Source of the DNA: Alphaproteobacteria bacterium
Lineage (GTDB): Bacteria > Myxococcota_A > UBA796 > GCA-2862545
Assembly (NCBI GenBank): GCA_020632925.1
Contig: JACKER010000007.1
Coordinates: 244,910 to 308,909, forward strand
Reading direction: 5' to 3'
Length of the DNA stretch: 64,000 nt
Part shown: positions 8,881 to 19,111 of the stretch, one piece after another
Layout of the letters: the number at the start of each line of letters is the position of its first letter
How positions within the stretch are numbered: position 1 is the first letter of the stretch
Program-made: the position numbers and the translations under genes
The notes under the pieces: model-generated
Databases searched by the model: none
What the model was told of the DNA's origin: nothing
The model's input: the letters and a program-made list of their open reading frames with translations, nothing else

Positions 8881-10961
8881 CAACCCAGGGCTTCCACCAG
8901 GTCGGCGAGCACGTGCAGCCCCTCGTCCAGGCCGTAGTCGTGAGCGCGCTGGTACGCCTTGCGCTCCTCGTCCGACATCGCCGAGAAGTCCACGTCCTCC
9001 TCGCCGCTCTCGGCGTCGAGCAGAGCCTTGCGGGCCTCGTAGTCGGCCTTGCGCTGCTCGAGGACCAGGGAGACCGCCGTGCGCGCCTTGTCCTCCTCGC
9101 GGCGGGCCAGCTGCTTGGCGAGGCGCTCGTAGTCGGGGTCGGCCGCCACCCGCGCCGCGGACTTCTCCTGGAGCTTCGGCACCGCGGACGCCAGGTCGGA
9201 GGTCTTCGCGTACGGAGCGGGCGGGATGCGGTCCCAGGCGAGCGCGTTGGGCAGGTCGGACTCGTGGATGAAGTCCACCCCGTCCCACACGGACGGGAGC
9301 TCCACGTCGCTCGTCACGCCGAGGTTCTGCGTCGAGCCGCCCGACACCCGGTAGAACTTCTGGATCGTGATCTTGAGCGCGCCGCCCTCGTCGTCGTCGG
9401 GCGCGTGGCGGCCCTTGAGCGCGGGGGTCAGCGGCACCACCTGCTGCACCGTGCCCTTCCCGTGCGTGGTGTGGTCGCCGACGACGAGCGCGCGCCCGTA
9501 GTCCTGGAGCGCCGCCGCCACGATCTCGGAGGCCGACGCGGAGGTCGAGTCCACCATGACCGTCAGCGGCCCGTCCCACACCACCCGCGGGTCCTCGTCG
9601 TGCAGCGCCTCGATCGCGCCCTTGCGGTCACGCACCTGGACCACGGGCCCACCGGGGAGGAAGAGCCCCGCGACCTCGATCGCCTCCATCAGCGAGCCGC
9701 CGCCGTTGCCGCGCAGGTCGAGGACGACGCCCTCGGCGCCCTGCGCCTTGACCGCCTCGAGCTGGTTGCTGAGGTCGTTCGAGGCGCTGCGCCCGCGGCG
9801 TGCACCCTGGTAGTCGACGTAGAAGTTCGACAGTCGGAGGATTCCCAGCTTGTGGCCGTCGACCTCCTCCACGTGCCCCTCGGCCGCGCTGCGCTCGAGC
9901 GTCACGCGGTCCCGCTGGATGGCGACGACCTCGCGCTCCCCGTCCGCGTGCTCGATGGTCAGGTTGACCTGGGTGCCCTTGGGGCCGCGGATCATCTTCA
10001 CGACGCGGTCCAGCCGCATCTCGACGACCTCGACCGGCGCCTCCGACTTCTGCGCGACCTCGAGGATGCGGTCCTTGGCGCGCACGCGACCGCTCATGTC
10101 GGCCGGACCACCGGGGATCACCCGGTCGATCACGACGTACCCGTCGTCGGTGGTGAGCTGCGCGCCGATGCCCTCGACGCTGTTGGTGATGTCCACGTCG
10201 AAGTCGTCCTTCGACGTCGGCTTGAACCAGACCGAGTGCGGGTCGGCGGACTGGGTCATCGCGTCGAGGTACGTCTCGAGCACGTCGACCGTCTCCATGT
10301 CCGAGACGTTCTTCGCGTAGCGATCGTACCGCTTGATCAGGCGGTCGCGGACCTGATCCTCGCTGTCGCGACCCGTCAGCATGCCGCTGATGAAGTCGTC
10401 CTCGACCCGCTTGCGCCACAGCTCGCGGGCCTCGGCGGCGGTCTCGGGCCAGCCGAGCCCGGCCTCCTTGCGGTCGTAGACGATGGTCTCGTCGTTCGTC
10501 AGGTCGACGGGGCCGGCGGCGAAGGCCTTCGCGTCCGCCGCGCGCTCCAGCATGCGCTGACGGTATCGGGAGTAGATGACGATGGCGGGCTCGAGGCGGG
10601 AGAGGGGCCGCGCCATCACCAGGTCGTCCAGCTGGTTGCGGTACTGCTCGAACTCGCGGATGTCGGACGCGAGGAACACGATCCGCGCGCCGTCGAGCTC
10701 GTCGATGTACCGGTCGAGCCACTTCGACGAGAGCTCGTCGTCGATCTGGACGTGCTGGTAGTGGACCTCCTCGAGGTACCCGGCGACCAGGCCCGCGACC
10801 TCCTGCTGGTACGGCTGGACGTCGAGGGAGGGGAGGCCGTCGGCGCCGGACGCGTCGAGCTTCGGGGTCGCCTTGGCCACCGGCCCCGGGTCGGGCATGG
10901 CGGCCACCGCGGTGACGGCGAACAGTGACAGGACCACGGGCAGCACGAGACGACGGGTCAC
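8880..10961 (-). CDS. prc: tail-specific (C-terminal processing) protease, S41 family
   Basis: It has a signal peptide, a PDZ region ('GGPADMSGRVRAKDRILEV') and an S41 catalytic region ('VVLDLRGNGGGSLMEA'). Confidence 0.85.
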   Translation of the reverse strand: MTRRLVLPVVLSLFAVTAVAAMPDPGPVAKATPKLDASGADGLPSLDVQPYQQEVAGLVAGYLEEVHYQHVQIDDELSSKWLDRYIDELDGARIVFLASDIREFEQYRNQLDDLVMARPLSRLEPAIVIYSRYRQRMLERAADAKAFAAGPVDLTNDETIVYDRKEAGLGWPETAAEARELWRKRVEDDFISGMLTGRDSEDQVRDRLIKRYDRYAKNVSDMETVDVLETYLDAMTQSADPHSVWFKPTSKDDFDVDITNSVEGIGAQLTTDDGYVVIDRVIPGGPADMSGRVRAKDRILEVAQKSEAPVEVVEMRLDRVVKMIRGPKGTQVNLTIEHADGEREVVAIQRDRVTLERSAAEGHVEEVDGHKLGILRLSNFYVDYQGARRGRSASNDLSNQLEAVKAQGAEGVVLDLRGNGGGSLMEAIEVAGLFLPGGPVVQVRDRKGAIEALHDEDPRVVWDGPLTVMVDSTSASASEIVAAALQDYGRALVVGDHTTHGKGTVQQVVPLTPALKGRHAPDDDEGGALKITIQKFYRVSGGSTQNLGVTSDVELPSVWDGVDFIHESDLPNALAWDRIPPAPYAKTSDLASAVPKLQEKSAARVAADPDYERLAKQLARREEDKARTAVSLVLEQRKADYEARKALLDAESGEEDVDFSAMSDEERKAYQRAHDYGLDEGLHVLADLVEALG

Positions 10962-10998
10962 GGGGACTCCAGGGCGAGATCCGGGGATGGGCGCAGCG

Positions 10999-11712
10999 TC
11001 AGCGCGCGACGACGCCGGGGAATGTCTGGGGCTTCTCCTCCCACGGGGGAGGGCGGCCGGTGGTCCGCTCCCAGTTCATGGCCACGAGCCGCTCCTTCTC
11101 GGAGTTGAGGGCGACGTGGAGGAAGGCGCCGACCAGCGCGAGGTTGAGGCTGCGCAGCGGGAACGCAGCGATCAGGAAGACCCAGGCGAAGCCGCGACCG
11201 ATGCGCACCGCGAGGCGGCTCGCGGGGATGAAGCCCATGTACTTGGCGAGGACGGCGCGGAGCACGCGGCCACCGTCCATCGGGAAGGCGGGGATCAGGT
11301 TGAACAGCCCCATCAGGACGTTGCTGGCGACGAACACCAGCGCGAAGGGCTGGCTGGTGCCGAGCCAGATCCAGCCGGCGATGGCGGCGAGCACGAAGTT
11401 GACCGCGGGGCCGGCGAGGGCGATCACGATCTCCTGGTCGGGCTCTTCGGGCATGCGCTCGATCGCCGCGACTCCGCCGAAGGGGTAGAGCGTGATGTGC
11501 GCGGTCTCGATCCCGAACCGCCGCGCGGCGAGGGCGTGGCCGAGCTCGTGCAGCACCACCGAGATGGACAGCCCGACGCTGGCGAACGCGCCGGCCAGCA
11601 TGCCGGGGAGACCGAACTGGTACCCCCCCATGGCCACCATCGCGACGATCAGCAGCGAGAACGACCAGTGGAGGCGGAGCGGAATGCCGGAGAGGGAGAT
11701 GACGTGGAGCAT
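10999..11712 (-). CDS. M50 family site-2 protease-like zinc metalloprotease
   Basis: It is polytopic and carries 'HELGHA' (HExxH) and 'NLIPAFPMDGGRV' (the LDG motif). Confidence 0.8.
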   Translation of the reverse strand: MLHVISLSGIPLRLHWSFSLLIVAMVAMGGYQFGLPGMLAGAFASVGLSISVVLHELGHALAARRFGIETAHITLYPFGGVAAIERMPEEPDQEIVIALAGPAVNFVLAAIAGWIWLGTSQPFALVFVASNVLMGLFNLIPAFPMDGGRVLRAVLAKYMGFIPASRLAVRIGRGFAWVFLIAAFPLRSLNLALVGAFLHVALNSEKERLVAMNWERTTGRPPPWEEKPQTFPGVVAR

Positions 11713-11792
11713 GGCACCTCGATCTCAGGTTCCCATGAAACCCACGATCCCGCACGCCGCTCGCGGTCAACAATGGTCATGGGGTCCGTGAC

Positions 11793-12860
11793 GTGCCGTT
11801 GACCAGCAGGCTGACGAACGGTGTCCGCAGGCGAGCGAAGACCGTCGGGCGGTCGTTGCGCGCGCTCGGCTGGTCCGCGACCCACCGGCCCGCGGAGGTC
11901 GAGGACGTCGTGGTCGTGGGTGGCGCGGCGGCTCCGCTGGTGCCCGTCGACCGCCCGATCAGCGTGCTGTGCTGGAACGTGCAGTTCGCCGCCGGCCGCG
12001 ACCGGGTCTTCTTCTACGACGGGGGACGCGCGGTCCGGGTGCCGCAGGACACCGTGCGCACCTGCCTGGACCGCCTCGCGGACGTGATCCGGTCGGCGGA
12101 CGTCGACCTGGTGCTGCTGCAGGAGGTCGACCGGGGCTCGGACCGCACCGGGCGCGTCGATCAGCACGCGGAGCTGCTCGCGCGCGTGCCGTACCCGTGC
12201 CACGCGTCCACCTGGTACTACCGCAACCCCTACGTGCCCTACCCGTCGTGGGAGCACCTGGGGCGCACGGAGGTCCACCTCTCCGTGTTCTCCCGCTTCC
12301 GCATCGCGGGGGCGCGGCGTTGGCGGCTGCCGGAGATGCGCGAGTCCTGGGTGTCGCGGCAGTTCAACCTGCGGCGGGCGCTGCTCGAGCTCGAGCTCCC
12401 GTTGCCCACGGGGCGGGTGGCGCGGGTGATCGACACGCACCTGTCGGCGTTCTCGAAGGGCGACGGGACGCTGCCGGCGCAGATCGAGGTCCTGGAGCGG
12501 CGGCTGGCGGCGGCGGACGCGGCGGGCATCCCGTGGGCGGCCGCGGGCGACTTCAACGCGCTCCCGCCGGGTGACGACCCCAGGCGGCTGGGGCCCGACG
12601 CGGAGCTCTACTCCGACGAGGGGCGGCCGCTGCTCCCGCTGTTCGACCGCTGGCAGAGCGCCGTGTCGCTCGAGGCCCACGAGGACGAGCCCGAGCGGTT
12701 CCGCACCTGGCTGCCGCCGGGGTCCGTGGTTGCCGACCGCGCGATCGACCACCTGTTCGCCTCGCACGACGTGGAGATCTATGACGCGACCGTGCTCCGC
12801 GGCGTGGTCGACGCCTCCGATCACCTGCCGCTGCGCGTGGAGCTGCGGTTCCCCTCCTGA
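11793..12860 (+). CDS. endonuclease/exonuclease/phosphatase (EEP) family protein
   Basis: It carries 'LLQEVD' and a C-terminal 'SDHLPLRVEL', which are typical EEP catalytic motifs. Confidence 0.75.
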   Translation: MPLTSRLTNGVRRRAKTVGRSLRALGWSATHRPAEVEDVVVVGGAAAPLVPVDRPISVLCWNVQFAAGRDRVFFYDGGRAVRVPQDTVRTCLDRLADVIRSADVDLVLLQEVDRGSDRTGRVDQHAELLARVPYPCHASTWYYRNPYVPYPSWEHLGRTEVHLSVFSRFRIAGARRWRLPEMRESWVSRQFNLRRALLELELPLPTGRVARVIDTHLSAFSKGDGTLPAQIEVLERRLAAADAAGIPWAAAGDFNALPPGDDPRRLGPDAELYSDEGRPLLPLFDRWQSAVSLEAHEDEPERFRTWLPPGSVVADRAIDHLFASHDVEIYDATVLRGVVDASDHLPLRVELRFPS

Positions 12861-12961
12861 CAGCGGTGTCGCGGTTCACGTCGCGGGGTTCCGTGCTGTA
12901 CGGGTGAACGCCGGGGATCCGCTGGCACGCCACGTGCTCTGCCCTCCGCGTGGAGGGTGGG

Positions 12962-13456
12962 ATGCGCGCGTGGTGGCTCGGTGGCCTGGTGGTGGTGGCG
13001 GCGGGGTGTGATCCGGAGGCGCAGGACGCGTGCGCGCAGGCCTCGAAGCTGTCCGCGCGCCTCGAGCTCGGGAACGGGATCGAGGACTTCGGCCGCCCGA
13101 TCGCCGACGGTGACCTCGTGCAGGTCGCCTACGGGATGCAGGGGGGCCAGCACGTGTGGATGAGCGTACGGACGGTCGGCCTGGTCCCGGGGCGTCACCG
13201 GACGCTCGGCAACGACCAGGACGTGCCGGTGTTCGAGGTCCGGTTGCTCGACGAGGACGGCGGGACCGTGGAGACGCAGACCTTCGACTTCTTCGCCATG
13301 GCGGGGACGGTCGAGGAGGCGACGCTGGCGCTCGGGACCTTCTTCGTCCCCTACGAGGACGAAGGGACGGTGCGGTCGTGGACCCTCGAAGGGGAGGCGG
13401 TGGACGTTTGCGGTACCCTCGTCGAGGACGCCCACCCCGTCTCGCTCCGCTGGTAG
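12962..13456 (+). CDS. hypothetical lipoprotein
   Basis: A GGAGGG RBS precedes the ATG at 12962. The lipobox 'LVVVAAGCD' is present. Confidence 0.45.
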   Translation: MRAWWLGGLVVVAAGCDPEAQDACAQASKLSARLELGNGIEDFGRPIADGDLVQVAYGMQGGQHVWMSVRTVGLVPGRHRTLGNDQDVPVFEVRLLDEDGGTVETQTFDFFAMAGTVEEATLALGTFFVPYEDEGTVRSWTLEGEAVDVCGTLVEDAHPVSLRW

Positions 13457-13530
13457 TGACGACGGCTCGTGGACAGTCGCCGAGCCTCCTGCGGGCTGGA
13501 CGATCCGTGGCGGCGTGACACACTCTGGTC

Positions 13531-14505
13531 GTGACGCGCGTGAACCTGGCGCTGATGACCGTCGCCCTGTCCGTCCTCGTGACGGCGGGTGGCAGCCTGG
13601 CCTTCCACGGCCGGGTGGGCGTGGACTTCCTGGTGACGGGCTTCGTCGCCTCCGCCCTGACCTACCTCGTGGTCGATCGGTTGACCTACCCCCTCCGCGC
13701 GGCGTTGAAGCAGAGCCGCGAGGACCTCGAGCGGCGGGTCGACGCGCGCACCTCGGAGCTCTCCGCGGCCCTGCACGCCCTCGAGACGGCGCACGCCGAG
13801 ACCAACGCGCTGCAGCTCCGGATGCGGATGAGCGAGCGCATCACGGGGACAGGCGCGTTCGCGTCGGCGGTGTCCCACGAGATCCGCAACCCGCTCTCGG
13901 CGACGTTGGGCAACCTGGAGCTGATGGTGGAGATGCTCGAGGAGGGCGCCGACCGGGACGAGCTCCTGGAGACCGCGCGCGACGCGCTGCTCGGCGCGCG
14001 GCAGGTCCACACCGTCGTGGGCGACCTGTCGACGCTGTCCCCGGCGAAGCACCAGGTGGCGACGACGGAGGTGGCGGAGATCGCGGGATCGGCGGTGCGT
14101 CTGGCGGCTCACGTCACCCGGCGAACGGCGGAGGTCCGCGTCGAGGTCCCTCCGGGTCTGCGGGCCGCGATCGCGCCACCCCGCCTCCTGCAGGTCGTGA
14201 TCAACCTGGTGGTCAACGCCGCCCATGCCACGAGGCCAGGTGCGGCCAACCTGATCGTCGTGTCGGCGGCGGAGCGTGACGGTGGGGTCGAGGTGTCCGT
14301 GGCCGACCAGGGCGTGGGCATCCCGGCCGACCAGCAGGACAAGGTCTTCGAGCCCCACTTCACGACGAAGGGGGAGGAGGGGACGGGCCTGGGGCTGGCC
14401 ATCGTGCGCCAGATCGCGGAGGCGGCGGGCGGTCGGGCCTCCCTGTCGTCGGTCGAGGGGGAGGGCACCACCGTCCGGGTCTGGCTACCGGCGGCTCACT
14501 CGTAG
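13531..14505 (+). CDS. sensor histidine kinase with no adjacent response regulator
   Basis: It has two TM helices, an H-box ('SHEIRNPL') and HATPase G-boxes ('GTGLGLAIV'). Confidence 0.8.
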   Translation: MTRVNLALMTVALSVLVTAGGSLAFHGRVGVDFLVTGFVASALTYLVVDRLTYPLRAALKQSREDLERRVDARTSELSAALHALETAHAETNALQLRMRMSERITGTGAFASAVSHEIRNPLSATLGNLELMVEMLEEGADRDELLETARDALLGARQVHTVVGDLSTLSPAKHQVATTEVAEIAGSAVRLAAHVTRRTAEVRVEVPPGLRAAIAPPRLLQVVINLVVNAAHATRPGAANLIVVSAAERDGGVEVSVADQGVGIPADQQDKVFEPHFTTKGEEGTGLGLAIVRQIAEAAGGRASLSSVEGEGTTVRVWLPAAHS

Positions 14506-15623
14506 CCCTGGTAGTCCTGGGCGCGCGCGACGTGCTCGGCGAGCTTCGCGTAGTCGTAGTCGCTGATCCAGCGAGGGAAGCAGTACCCCATCATGTCGGC
14601 GTGGTCGGCGGGGACGAAGCTCTTCGTGCGGAAGTCGTAGCCCTCGACGCCGATCGTGCCGTCCGCGTAGGGGAAGTCGGGGTCCGGGTCGCTGGGGTCG
14701 TTGCACGGGGCGTGCATCAAGCGGTGCGTGTGGCCGATCTCGTGGATGAGCGTGTCCTCGGACTTCTGGTCGCCGAACGCGGCCCCCGCGGCGAAGTACG
14801 AGCGAACCAGCTCCCCGTCGCCGCCGTCCTCGCTCGTGCCCGTGATGCCCTCGTACTCGTCGCGCGTCGCCACGCCGGTGGCCATGCCGTACCAGGTGAC
14901 GTTCCAGTCCTCCTCGCCGGCGAACATGGCCTCCTCCTGGAGCTGCCCGACGCGGACGTTGATGTCGCCGAGGTCGAACGGACCGGTCCACACCTCCACG
15001 GGGCCCACGTCGAGCTCGACGTCGGTGACCGGGTAGACCGCCATGAGGGCCGCGCGGTACCCCTCGACCACGGACGGCGAGGTGTCGGGCACGAAGCCGT
15101 CGACCTCGAAGGGCACCAGGTGGAGGCGCAGGGGGCCGGTCACCTTCGCGCCGAGCGCGGTCGGACCGTCCGCGGGCGCCGTCGCGACCACGGCGCCCTG
15201 GTCGAGCACACGCGCGGACCACGTCGCGTCCTCGGTCATCGCGTCGGCCGGGATCTCGACCACGAGCGTGTCCGGCACACCGACCGCGGCGAACGTGCGC
15301 ACCACGCCCCCCGACGCCAGGTCGAGCTCGAGGCGCACCTCGGCGCTCCAGCCCTCCCCTGGCTCCATCCTCGCGCGCACCACCGCCTGACGCCCCACGA
15401 CGAGGGGCGCGTTGCGGTCGGAGGCCGGGACCTGCTCGCCAGCGGACAGCACGGGGACCTCGACGGCCTGGAAGAACGCGAGGTCGGACAACCCCCCGTC
15501 GGCGGAGGGGGTGCTCCCCGTCGCCGGTGGCGTCGTGGTGCTCCCGGTGGGCGTCGCGATGGAGGTGAGGGTGCTCTCGGACGAGCAGGCGGTCAGCGCC
15601 AACGCAGTGAGACAGCGGAACAT
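14496..15623 (-). CDS. secreted zinc metalloprotease lipoprotein (metzincin-like)
   Basis: The lipobox 'LALTACSS' is present. 'HEIGHTHRLMH' fits HExxHxxxxxH spacing. Confidence 0.6.
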   Translation of the reverse strand: MFRCLTALALTACSSESTLTSIATPTGSTTTPPATGSTPSADGGLSDLAFFQAVEVPVLSAGEQVPASDRNAPLVVGRQAVVRARMEPGEGWSAEVRLELDLASGGVVRTFAAVGVPDTLVVEIPADAMTEDATWSARVLDQGAVVATAPADGPTALGAKVTGPLRLHLVPFEVDGFVPDTSPSVVEGYRAALMAVYPVTDVELDVGPVEVWTGPFDLGDINVRVGQLQEEAMFAGEEDWNVTWYGMATGVATRDEYEGITGTSEDGGDGELVRSYFAAGAAFGDQKSEDTLIHEIGHTHRLMHAPCNDPSDPDPDFPYADGTIGVEGYDFRTKSFVPADHADMMGYCFPRWISDYDYAKLAEHVARAQDYQGYE

Positions 15624-15689
15624 GGGCGGCTCCTCGGTGTACGGAGAGCCTATCGCCGTATCGGTGCCCTACCCGTTCACTCGCCATCC

Positions 15690-15750
15690 AAACTGTAGTC
15701 ATGACGAATACATATAGGATATAGCTGTATTATTAATAATACGACCGTAT
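15690..15750. promoter_or_regulatory. AT-rich palindromic element upstream of the metalloprotease gene
   Basis: 'aatacatataggatatagctgtattattaataatacg' sits in a ~70% GC background. It has inverted arms aataca/tgtatt and the palindrome tattaata. Confidence 0.3.
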
Positions 15751-15760
15751 CCGGACGGGA

Positions 15761-18700
15761 TCAGGGTGCGAGCGCAGCCGCCCAGATCGCGGCCTGCGGG
15801 TCCGGCAGCTCGCCGCTCTCGGCCGCCTTCGCGAAACCCGTCCGAGCGGCCTCCCGGTCTCCGGCGGTCCACGCCGCGCGGGCCTCCTCGAGCGGGGTCG
15901 GCGCGCTGCCCTCGGCCGTTGCCCGGCGGAACAGGTCCACCGCGGAGGGCCCGTTGCGACGGCGGAGCTCGGCGCGCGCCAGATCCAGCAGGCGGGGGCC
16001 GGGCTCGCCCGACCAACCCTCCGGGGGGACCGTCGCCACCAGCCGGTCCAGGTCGGCCGCCAACCGCACGTCCAGCACCGACATCGCCCCGTCACCCCCG
16101 ACGGCGACCAGCCGCGCACCCGTCGCGTCGAACGCGAGATCCGTGACCGAGCCGTCGTGCACCGGCAGGCCCAGCACGGGCGCGCAGGTCGCCGCGTCCC
16201 ACACCGCGATCCGCCCGTCCAGCGCCCCGGTGGCGACGAGCGAGCCGTCCGGCGACAGCGCGACCGCCTGCACGGCCTCGGCCCCCGTCTGCAGGCGGCA
16301 CCGCTCGACGAGCCCCTCGGGTCCCCGCTCCCACAGCAGCAGCGGGGGTGTGTGCCGCCCGACGACGACCCGATTGCCCCGGTGCGCCACGCGATAGGCC
16401 GGTCCCCGGTCCGGTCCGGGCACCTCGCGGACGTTGCCGGGCGACACGAGGGAGGCCAGCGCCTGCTCGCGGCGGTCGGTCGCGAGGAGCGTGCCGTCGT
16501 CGAGCGCCTCGAGGTCCCACACCAGCGGGAAGCCCGATGCGACCGTGGTGAGCTCTGCGCCGTCGGCGTCCACCGTCGTGATCCGCCCGTCCCCGAGCGC
16601 CACCGCCACCCGCCCGTCCGCGAGGGGCTCCACCGCCATCGCCACGTCGGGGAAGGTGTGGACCGCGGTGGCCGTGCCCTCGACGAGATCGACCGCCCAC
16701 AGGGCGTCGTCGACCGCCGCCCACCCGCGGGTCCCGTCGGGCGACAGCGCCGTGTCCCGCACCGTACCCGCCACCTCCAGCCGCCGGATCGCGCGCCCCG
16801 ATTCGATGTCGACGAGGACGAGCCCAGCACCCCCCACCAACGCCAGCGTGCCCGTGGCGTCCAGGTCCAGGGCGCGCAGGCCACCCTCCGCCAGGAAGGT
16901 GCGAGGGTCCGCGGCGGCGCCGGTCCAGACCGCGACCCCGTCGCCGCGGGTGAGCAGGGTACCGTCCCCACCGAACGCGAAGCTCCCCGAGGTCCGCGTC
17001 ACGGAGCCCTCGACCACCACCTGGCCCATCGGGATCCCCAGAGCGTCGCTCCGGCGCAGGCGGTGTCCGTCGAGCTGCAGCAGATCGCCGGTCGACGTGA
17101 ACGCGAGGCGGTCCATCTCGGACGCCGGCGCGGTCCAGCTCTCCCCGGTGGTGGGGGTGAGCACACGAAGCGTGTCCCCATCGACCCAGGCCAGACGGCC
17201 ATCGTCGGAGGGCACGGCCCAGCTCCCCGGGCCCTCCCAGTCGATGGCGCCGCTGTCCAGGTCGACGAGCATCGAGCGCTCTGCCTGCGCCATCTCCTTG
17301 CCCGGCTGCGCGGGGATCACGACCGCGTACCGACCGGTCGGGGACAGCGCCTGGACCCAGACGTTGCGCAGGGGGGCGCGGGTCCGGCTCCCCTCCAGGT
17401 CGGTGAACGCCAACCGGCCGGTGGCACCGACGTTCTCGAGCAGCCAGCCGCCGGCGATGAGCCCTCGGTCGAACACGTGGTCGGTGATGGCGGAGGGGAC
17501 GGTGCGGGGAGGGGCGTCCGGAGAGGAGAGGTCCGCCAGTCGCCAGCGGTCCTGGTGATGCCAGCCGGCCATCGGACGGCCCCCCACGAAGCCCGTGACC
17601 CAGCGGTCGTGCGCGGCGGCGCCTGGCCCGGGGTGTCGGCCCAGCACCCGCCCGTCGGGCACGCTCATCCACACCAGCCCCGAGGGCGAGGCGAGGATCA
17701 CGCTGGTGCCGTCCTCCGAGAGGGCGACCTCGTCCCGCGGCTCCGCGCCGAGGTCCATGAGCGGACGGGGGTGGCGGTGCTCGACCCAGGCGGACACGAG
17801 GTCCGCGCGCAGCATGGGGATCCCGAGGTCCGTGCCCCCGAGCGCGTGCAGGTCGCTCCGCGCGTCCGCCAGCGCCTGCCGTGGACCGCGGATCTGCCCC
17901 TGGCCGGACTCGGAGAGCGCGAGCAGGACCCGCGCGTCGATCTCCCGCACGTGGGCGTCGCGCTCGGCCGTGCGGGCCCGATGGGCGCCGACCGCCGCGG
18001 TCACCACCCAGGCGATGCTGGTCAGGAGCACCAGGCCGGCACCCGCTGCCATCGACAGCAGCCACGGCACCAGCCGCCCGCGGTTCCGCACCACCCAGCG
18101 CGAGAGGCGCTGCCCGACACCGTAGCGGTGGGCCGCGACCTCGCGTCCGTCGAGGAAGGCCTCCACGTCGGCGGACAGCGCCTCGACGCTGCTGTAGCGG
18201 CGCATGGGGTCCGTGCGCATCGCCTCGTCGACGATGCTGTCCAGCTCCCGCGGGATGCGCGGCACCCGCTTGCGCAGGGGCACCCGTCGTCCGGCGCGCA
18301 CGGCCAGCAACAGGCGGGGATGCCCACGCTCGAACGGAGGCTCGCCCGCGAGCAGGGTGTAGAGCAGCGCGCCCAGGGCGTAGACGTCGCTGCGGTGCGT
18401 GGCGGGGAGCCCTTCGGCCTGCTCGGGCGCCATGTACAGCGGGGTGCCGATCACCGCCTGGTCGTCGGTGAGCTCCGCGGACCCGGCGTCGAACGCGTCG
18501 GCGTCCACCTTCCTGCCGCCCGTGGCCTCGCCGATTCGCGTCGCGAGGCCCCAGTCGAGCACGATCACCTGGCCGTGCTCGCCCACCATCACGTTCCCCG
18601 GCTTCAGGTCGCGGTGGATGATGCCGCGGCTGTGGGCGTAGGAGATGGCGTCGCAGACCTTGAGGAACGTGCGGAGCCGCTGGTCGCGCGTGCCCGCGAG

Positions 18701-19102
18701 CCCGGCGCGCAGCAGCTGGTGCAGCGAGCGGCCGCGGACGTGGACCATCGTGAACCAGGGCTGGCCCGAGGAGTCGAGCCCGAGGTCGTGGACGGCGACG
18801 ATGTTGGGGTGCTCGAGCTGGGCGGTGAGCTGAGCCTCGAGGACGAAGCGCCGCTGCTGCTCGTCGGTCGGCGTCTCCGTGGACAGCCGCTTGATCGCCA
18901 CCTCGCGCCGCAGCAGCCGGTCGCGAGCGGCCTGCACCTCCCCGACGCCGCCGCGCCCGAGCCGGTCGCCGATCTCGTAGCGGGCGAGCGTGCCGCGGTC
19001 GCTCACCTGGTGGGCGACCTCGCGGATCCGGTCGAACGACGCCCCGTCGGCGCTGGCCGGCGCCTCGTCGGAGAGGTGGGTGGGCTCGTCCTCGGAGGCC
19101 AA
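15761..19102 (-). CDS. Ser/Thr protein kinase with a large beta-propeller (WD40/PQQ-like) region and a C-terminal TPR
   Basis: It carries '[11 protein letters not shown]' and 'DWGLA'. A TM segment follows the kinase domain. The extracytoplasmic region has repeated 'dG..lA.g..dG.v.vWd' units. Confidence 0.8.
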   Translation of the reverse strand: MASEDEPTHLSDEAPASADGASFDRIREVAHQVSDRGTLARYEIGDRLGRGGVGEVQAARDRLLRREVAIKRLSTETPTDEQQRRFVLEAQLTAQLEHPNIVAVHDLGLDSSGQPWFTMVHVRGRSLHQLLRAGLAGTRDQRLRTFLKVCDAISYAHSRGIIHRDLKPGNVMVGEHGQVIVLDWGLATRIGEATGGRKVDADAFDAGSAELTDDQAVIGTPLYMAPEQAEGLPATHRSDVYALGALLYTLLAGEPPFERGHPRLLLAVRAGRRVPLRKRVPRIPRELDSIVDEAMRTDPMRRYSSVEALSADVEAFLDGREVAAHRYGVGQRLSRWVVRNRGRLVPWLLSMAAGAGLVLLTSIAWVVTAAVGAHRARTAERDAHVREIDARVLLALSESGQGQIRGPRQALADARSDLHALGGTDLGIPMLRADLVSAWVEHRHPRPLMDLGAEPRDEVALSEDGTSVILASPSGLVWMSVPDGRVLGRHPGPGAAAHDRWVTGFVGGRPMAGWHHQDRWRLADLSSPDAPPRTVPSAITDHVFDRGLIAGGWLLENVGATGRLAFTDLEGSRTRAPLRNVWVQALSPTGRYAVVIPAQPGKEMAQAERSMLVDLDSGAIDWEGPGSWAVPSDDGRLAWVDGDTLRVLTPTTGESWTAPASEMDRLAFTSTGDLLQLDGHRLRRSDALGIPMGQVVVEGSVTRTSGSFAFGGDGTLLTRGDGVAVWTGAAADPRTFLAEGGLRALDLDATGTLALVGGAGLVLVDIESGRAIRRLEVAGTVRDTALSPDGTRGWAAVDDALWAVDLVEGTATAVHTFPDVAMAVEPLADGRVAVALGDGRITTVDADGAELTTVASGFPLVWDLEALDDGTLLATDRREQALASLVSPGNVREVPGPDRGPAYRVAHRGNRVVVGRHTPPLLLWERGPEGLVERCRLQTGAEAVQAVALSPDGSLVATGALDGRIAVWDAATCAPVLGLPVHDGSVTDLAFDATGARLVAVGGDGAMSVLDVRLAADLDRLVATVPPEGWSGEPGPRLLDLARAELRRRNGPSAVDLFRRATAEGSAPTPLEEARAAWTAGDREAARTGFAKAAESGELPDPQAAIWAAALAP

Positions 19103-19111
19103 GCGGCGCGC

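Noticed and set aside
7995-10928. 977 aa ORF on the + strand
   Set aside because: It is antisense to prc and the lipoprotein/TPR genes and is Arg-rich low complexity.
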